Below the pieces are notes generated by a model. The model worked only from the letters and a program-made list of their open reading frames with translations. It did not search any database and was not told the origin of the DNA. Source: an uncultured Dehalococcoidia bacterium (GTDB lineage Bacteria; Chloroflexota; Dehalococcoidia; Lucifugimonadales; UBA3495). From it: 64,000 nucleotides of DNA. Shown here one piece after another: positions 60,075-64,000 of this stretch. Location: contig CAYFGT010000007.1 in assembly GCA_964343075.1 (NCBI GenBank), forward strand, positions 4,318 to 68,317, written 5' to 3'. The stretch's first letter is position 1, and every line of letters starts with the position of its first letter. A program made the translations under genes and the position numbers.

Positions 60075-61166
60075 CTACGAATAGAGCCCTCGGCCAGTTA
60101 TTTTTTTATAACCAATGAAAGTGTCGGCTTGTATGAAACGAATCATATCAAATTGGTTGAAGCATAATTCCATTGATTGTGGTAGCAGCCGGATTTTATC
60201 CCGAACTTTGATTTGGTTAAATTGACCTTCATCGAATCTAATAGCTCCATGTTCTGCACTGAATTTTAAAGGTTTTAAACTTTGAGAGTATTCATGCTTA
60301 GCATCATATATAACGGAAGGGATCCCGAGATCAGTTCCAAAAGTTTTGTGTCCTGAATCAATAACGAGATGGTCTCGAGTTGGTTTACTAATGATTTGAG
60401 ATAGTACTGATGCTGATATAGATAACTCAGGGAATTGCATCAGGTACGGGATATCTGGAATTGGGTAGCATCCTGCTATCAGATAATCAAAAGAACTGTG
60501 TGCTTCAAGATTTCTGAGGTAAAATTCTCCCATTGCTATTATTTCTGATTCAGGCCATTTCGATTTGATTAGGCTAATTAATTGAGAGTAATCTTCCTCT
60601 ACCTTCGTATCTTGTTTTGCGGCTTGTAATGATTCTTCTAACAATAAACCCTTGTATTGCATATTCGGACTTGATGTGCAGTGTTCTACCGTTGCGATTA
60701 TAGTGTCTTCTCTATCCGGTGATTGTGAAACCGGTTGGATAATTATCCCAAGCGACTGGCCTATAGAGGGGTAAGCTTGTTGAAAGTTGGTTACATGCTG
60801 GAGGTTTGTGACTACAACATCCACTTGTACGTTTTGGGTTAGAGCCCAAAGTCGTTCAATTTGATTTCTGGATATAGGAGTGGATTTGATTATTAGTTTT
60901 TGCAACCCTAAGTCAGATAGTTCTTCTGCTTCAGAGATGGAGTTGGTGCATGCAATATTCGTAGTTTTATTACCTTGTAACTGATATTTAAGAATATCTC
61001 GCGAACCATGTACTGACGAGTATGGAATGATTGAGATGTCGGCCTTTTCAGCTAAAGTGTTGAATTTTTTGATGTTAGATATCAAACGTTCGGCGTCTAT
61101 CAAAAGCGCTGGCGTATCTAAGTCGTAGTATTCTATGCCGGGTGATTGAAAAATTAGTTGTTCCAT
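60075..61166 (-). CDS. D-threonine aldolase/DSD1-family paralog lacking the PLP lysine
   Basis: LDTPALLID, IIPYSSVHGS in place of RPH.K.HK; retains DSGHK and SAEHG; C-terminal ITGRG. ATG 61166 lies 6 nt after a TATAAT. Confidence 0.75.
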   Translation of the reverse strand: MEQLIFQSPGIEYYDLDTPALLIDAERLISNIKKFNTLAEKADISIIPYSSVHGSRDILKYQLQGNKTTNIACTNSISEAEELSDLGLQKLIIKSTPISRNQIERLWALTQNVQVDVVVTNLQHVTNFQQAYPSIGQSLGIIIQPVSQSPDREDTIIATVEHCTSSPNMQYKGLLLEESLQAAKQDTKVEEDYSQLISLIKSKWPESEIIAMGEFYLRNLEAHSSFDYLIAGCYPIPDIPYLMQFPELSISASVLSQIISKPTRDHLVIDSGHKTFGTDLGIPSVIYDAKHEYSQSLKPLKFSAEHGAIRFDEGQFNQIKVRDKIRLLPQSMELCFNQFDMIRFIQADTFIGYKKITGRGLYS

Positions 61167-61227
61167 GTTGGTATTATAGAGAAAAAGCCACAACCGGTAC
61201 AGCACAATTAAGGAGTAGTTTATTTGT

Positions 61228-61256
61228 TTGACCTCAGAGGAGTATAGAATTATAGT
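61228..61256 (+). promoter_or_regulatory. putative sigma70 promoter of the alcohol dehydrogenase gene
   Basis: TTGACC-N17-TATAGT, then SD AGGAG and ATG 61294. Confidence 0.5.
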
Positions 61257-61293
61257 TGTACTGATCAACCACTTTGCTTTATAGGAGTTTCAG

Positions 61294-62391
61294 ATGAAAA
61301 CAACTGCAGCAGTTCTTTATGAGGTAAACCAACCATTAGTTGTGGAACAACTTGATATTGATGAACCTAAGAATGGAGAGGTCCGAGTAAAAATAACATC
61401 GGCGGGTGTATGCCATTCTGATTACCATTGTATGAAAGGTGAATGGACAGTTCCTTTGCCAATGGTGCTTGGACATGAAGCAGCTGGAATTGTAGAGTCT
61501 ATTGGACCAGGCGTAACTAATGTTGTGCCTGGGGACCATGTGATTCTAAATTTCAGACCTAATTGTGGATGGTGTAAATTTTGTACAGTAGGGCGTCCTG
61601 TTCTCTGTAATGGTGCAGATACAGATCGCTGGATGATGTTTGATGGTACTGCTAGGCTTCATAAAAATGGTTCAGATGTTTTCCACTTTGCGCGAACTGC
61701 ATCTTTTTCAGAATATGCTGTGGTTAATCATTCTGGAGTGGTAAAAGTTAGAGACGATATGCCTTTGGATAAAGCTTGCTTGGTTGGCTGCTCTGTTATG
61801 ACTGGGGTAGGTGCAGTAATAAACACTGCTAAAGTTAACCCTGGGGACAGTGTTGTAGTCATTGGTTGTGGTGGAGTGGGACTCAATGTGATTCAAGGGG
61901 CTGTATTAGCTGGTGCCGGTAAGATCATCGCAGTAGATCTCTTGGAAAACAAATTGGGGTATGCTCTTCAGTTTGGAGCTACTCACGTCATAAATGCTGG
62001 GACAACTGACGCTGTAGCAGAGATTCACGATTTAACTTATGGAGGTGCTGATCACGCATTTGAGGCAATCGGTAATTCCAAAACTATACTTCAGGCCTAT
62101 CAGGCGACATGTTTGGGCGGAGTGACAACAATTGTAGGAATGGCTGCCGAAACAGATGAGGTTGCGATTAACTGCTTATCTTTGCCACGTACTGAAAAGA
62201 CTATACAAGGAAGCTGGTACGGCGGGGCTAGGCCTTCGGTAGATTTACCCAAAATGGTCGATCTATATATGGAAGGAAAACTGAAAGTTGATGAATTGGT
62301 GAGCAGGACTTACCCATTTCATGAGATTAATGAAGCTTATGCGGCATTGGATTCAGGTGAGGTAGCCCGTAGCATTTTGTTGTTTGATTAA
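61294..62391 (+). CDS. Zn-dependent alcohol dehydrogenase (class III-like MDR)
   Basis: GVCHSD, LGHEAAG.V, CGWCKFC..GRPVLC, GC.VMTG.GA, GCGGVG. Confidence 0.93.
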   Translation: MKTTAAVLYEVNQPLVVEQLDIDEPKNGEVRVKITSAGVCHSDYHCMKGEWTVPLPMVLGHEAAGIVESIGPGVTNVVPGDHVILNFRPNCGWCKFCTVGRPVLCNGADTDRWMMFDGTARLHKNGSDVFHFARTASFSEYAVVNHSGVVKVRDDMPLDKACLVGCSVMTGVGAVINTAKVNPGDSVVVIGCGGVGLNVIQGAVLAGAGKIIAVDLLENKLGYALQFGATHVINAGTTDAVAEIHDLTYGGADHAFEAIGNSKTILQAYQATCLGGVTTIVGMAAETDEVAINCLSLPRTEKTIQGSWYGGARPSVDLPKMVDLYMEGKLKVDELVSRTYPFHEINEAYAALDSGEVARSILLFD

Positions 62392-62435
62392 GTTATCCTA
62401 GCGATCGTGCATGTCCATTGAATATACTGTCGGTG

Positions 62436-63923
62436 TTATTCTGAATGGTATGCAATCGTAGCTTTTACCGCTTGGGTCCAGCGGTGCGTCAATTGATCAC
62501 GGTGATTAATATGCATCGTAATATCTGCATCATATGAGCTGTTCCAGTTATTAGATATGTCTTGAAGTGAAGATATTACCCCATATCCTAACCCGGATAA
62601 CATCGCAGCTCCGAGAGATGTGCTTTCCATAGCGAAAGGTCTTTGAATTTGTAGCCTGGTGATGTTGGCAAGAAATTGTAGAAACCACTGGTTCGCTACC
62701 ATCCCACCATCTACCCTCATAACACTTAAATCTACTCCGTCTCTCGCCATAGCGGCAATCAGGTCGTTTGTTTGATATGCCACAGATTCAACGGCGGCTC
62801 TGACTATGGCATTTCGGGTCGTTTGGCGAGTCAGGCCATAGATAGCTGCTCGTGTATTTGGTTCCCACCAAGGAGCTCCTAAACCGGTAAAAGCAGGAAC
62901 CATATACACATTATGGTCATCAGCAGTGGATCTGCACATGTCTTCGATTTGGGAATAATCTTCTATGATTCCCAAGTTATCTGATAACCAATCAGAAGAT
63001 GCACCTGCGATAAATATTGAACCCTCTAACCCGTATGCCAAGGTGTCTTGTATCTGATAACTTATGGTCGTTATCAAGTTATTGTCAGACTTCAAAATTT
63101 TGTCACCTGTATTAACTAAGGCAAAACAGCCTGTTCCGTAGGTTGACTTTACTTGTCCTTCTTCAAAACACGATTGCCCTACTAGAGCCGCTTGTTGGTC
63201 CCCAGCAACTCCATAAATTGGTAGTGACTGTCCTACTATTGAGCGGGAAATATCTCCGAAATGGTCTGTGCATTTCTTTACTGAAGGGAGGACATTGCCT
63301 GGGATGTTGTATATATCTAGTAAGTCATCATCCCAAGTAAGGGTGTGTAAATTGAACAAACTGGTCCTGGATGCATTGGTTACGTCAGTAGCGTGCACCT
63401 CGCCGTTGGTAAGTTTCCAAATCAAATATGTATCTACAGTCCCAAATAACAGTCTTCCTTGTTTAGACAAATTTCTGGCATTAGGGACGTTATCTAATAT
63501 CCATAGTATCTTACTCGCTGAAAAATATGGATCTAGCATCAATCCTGTTTTGGCTTTGATTTGCTCTTCTAAATTTTCGTTTTTTAATGTTTGAATGAAG
63601 TCTGCTGTTCGCCTATCTTGCCACACTACAGCATTGTATATAGGCTGCCCTGTGTGTTTGTCCCAGATGATAGTAGTTTCTCGCTGATTGGTAATTCCTA
63701 CGCTTAGGATTTGGATCCCGGTAGTTTTAGCTTTTTGATACTCTTCAGTAAGTACTGAAAGAACTGAATTAAGTAATTCAGTTGGATTTTGTTCCACCCA
63801 CCCGTTATCTGGATAGATTTGACGTACAGGACTGCGTGAACTACTAATTAGTTCACCATCTGTAGTAAATGTAATACCTTTGGTGCTTGTTGTACCTTGA
63901 TCAATTGCTAGTATAGCGTCCAT
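62436..63923 (-). CDS. glpK: glycerol kinase
   Basis: DQGTTS, GWVEQ.P, ITNQRET, WQDRR, DPYFSA.K, TDVTNASRT, GDQQAAL.GQ, K.TYGTG, PAFTGLGAP.W, DGG. Confidence 0.96.
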   Translation of the reverse strand: MDAILAIDQGTTSTKGITFTTDGELISSSRSPVRQIYPDNGWVEQNPTELLNSVLSVLTEEYQKAKTTGIQILSVGITNQRETTIIWDKHTGQPIYNAVVWQDRRTADFIQTLKNENLEEQIKAKTGLMLDPYFSASKILWILDNVPNARNLSKQGRLLFGTVDTYLIWKLTNGEVHATDVTNASRTSLFNLHTLTWDDDLLDIYNIPGNVLPSVKKCTDHFGDISRSIVGQSLPIYGVAGDQQAALVGQSCFEEGQVKSTYGTGCFALVNTGDKILKSDNNLITTISYQIQDTLAYGLEGSIFIAGASSDWLSDNLGIIEDYSQIEDMCRSTADDHNVYMVPAFTGLGAPWWEPNTRAAIYGLTRQTTRNAIVRAAVESVAYQTNDLIAAMARDGVDLSVMRVDGGMVANQWFLQFLANITRLQIQRPFAMESTSLGAAMLSGLGYGVISSLQDISNNWNSSYDADITMHINHRDQLTHRWTQAVKATIAYHSE

Positions 63924-64000
63924 TTGAATTCCTTTGTTTTCTTTTAAAAATGTGCCCTACGTGGTAGGATACGGCGATTATAAAACAATCTAAAACAACT

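Noticed and set aside
1-64000. CRISPR arrays, IS elements, prophage genes, rRNA
   Set aside because: No spaced repeats, transposase, integrase or phage motifs seen, and no unexplained non-coding stretch long enough.

Overview
Densely coded, AT-rich (roughly 40% GC by eye) core-genome window. Gene content (11-subunit complex I without NuoEFG, CCG-anchored succinate dehydrogenase, PAC2-like protein, GldAFG-like ABC module, many catabolic paralogs) suggests a streamlined Chloroflexota genome such as Dehalococcoidia/SAR202; this taxonomic call is inference. It contains an elongator tRNA-Met(CAT), Moco genes, nuoABCDHIJK-DUF2007-nuoLMN, nadK, sdhAB plus a CCG subunit, mdh, icd, thrS, frameshifted prfB, dcd-ribD-ribE-ribBA, selA, coaE, a CbbQ/CbbO-type AAA+/VWA pair, polyamine genes, iscS, HEPN/MNT and glpK. 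I see no mobile element, CRISPR array or rRNA. The most notable observations are: (1) a hidden selenoprotein, a thioredoxin-fold lipoprotein with a UxxC motif that the ORF track splits at an in-frame UGA followed by a SECIS-like hairpin, with selA nearby; (2) an in-frame RNase HI-MoaC fusion that keeps an internal SD+GTG; (3) an orphan CbbQ/CbbO-type chaperone pair interleaved with CoA-metabolism genes and carrying N-terminal helical repeats; (4) tandem paralog pairs (fold-III PLP enzymes, M20 amidohydrolases) with asymmetric motif loss that suggests heterodimers; (5) a HEPN gene paired with a catalytically degenerate MNT.
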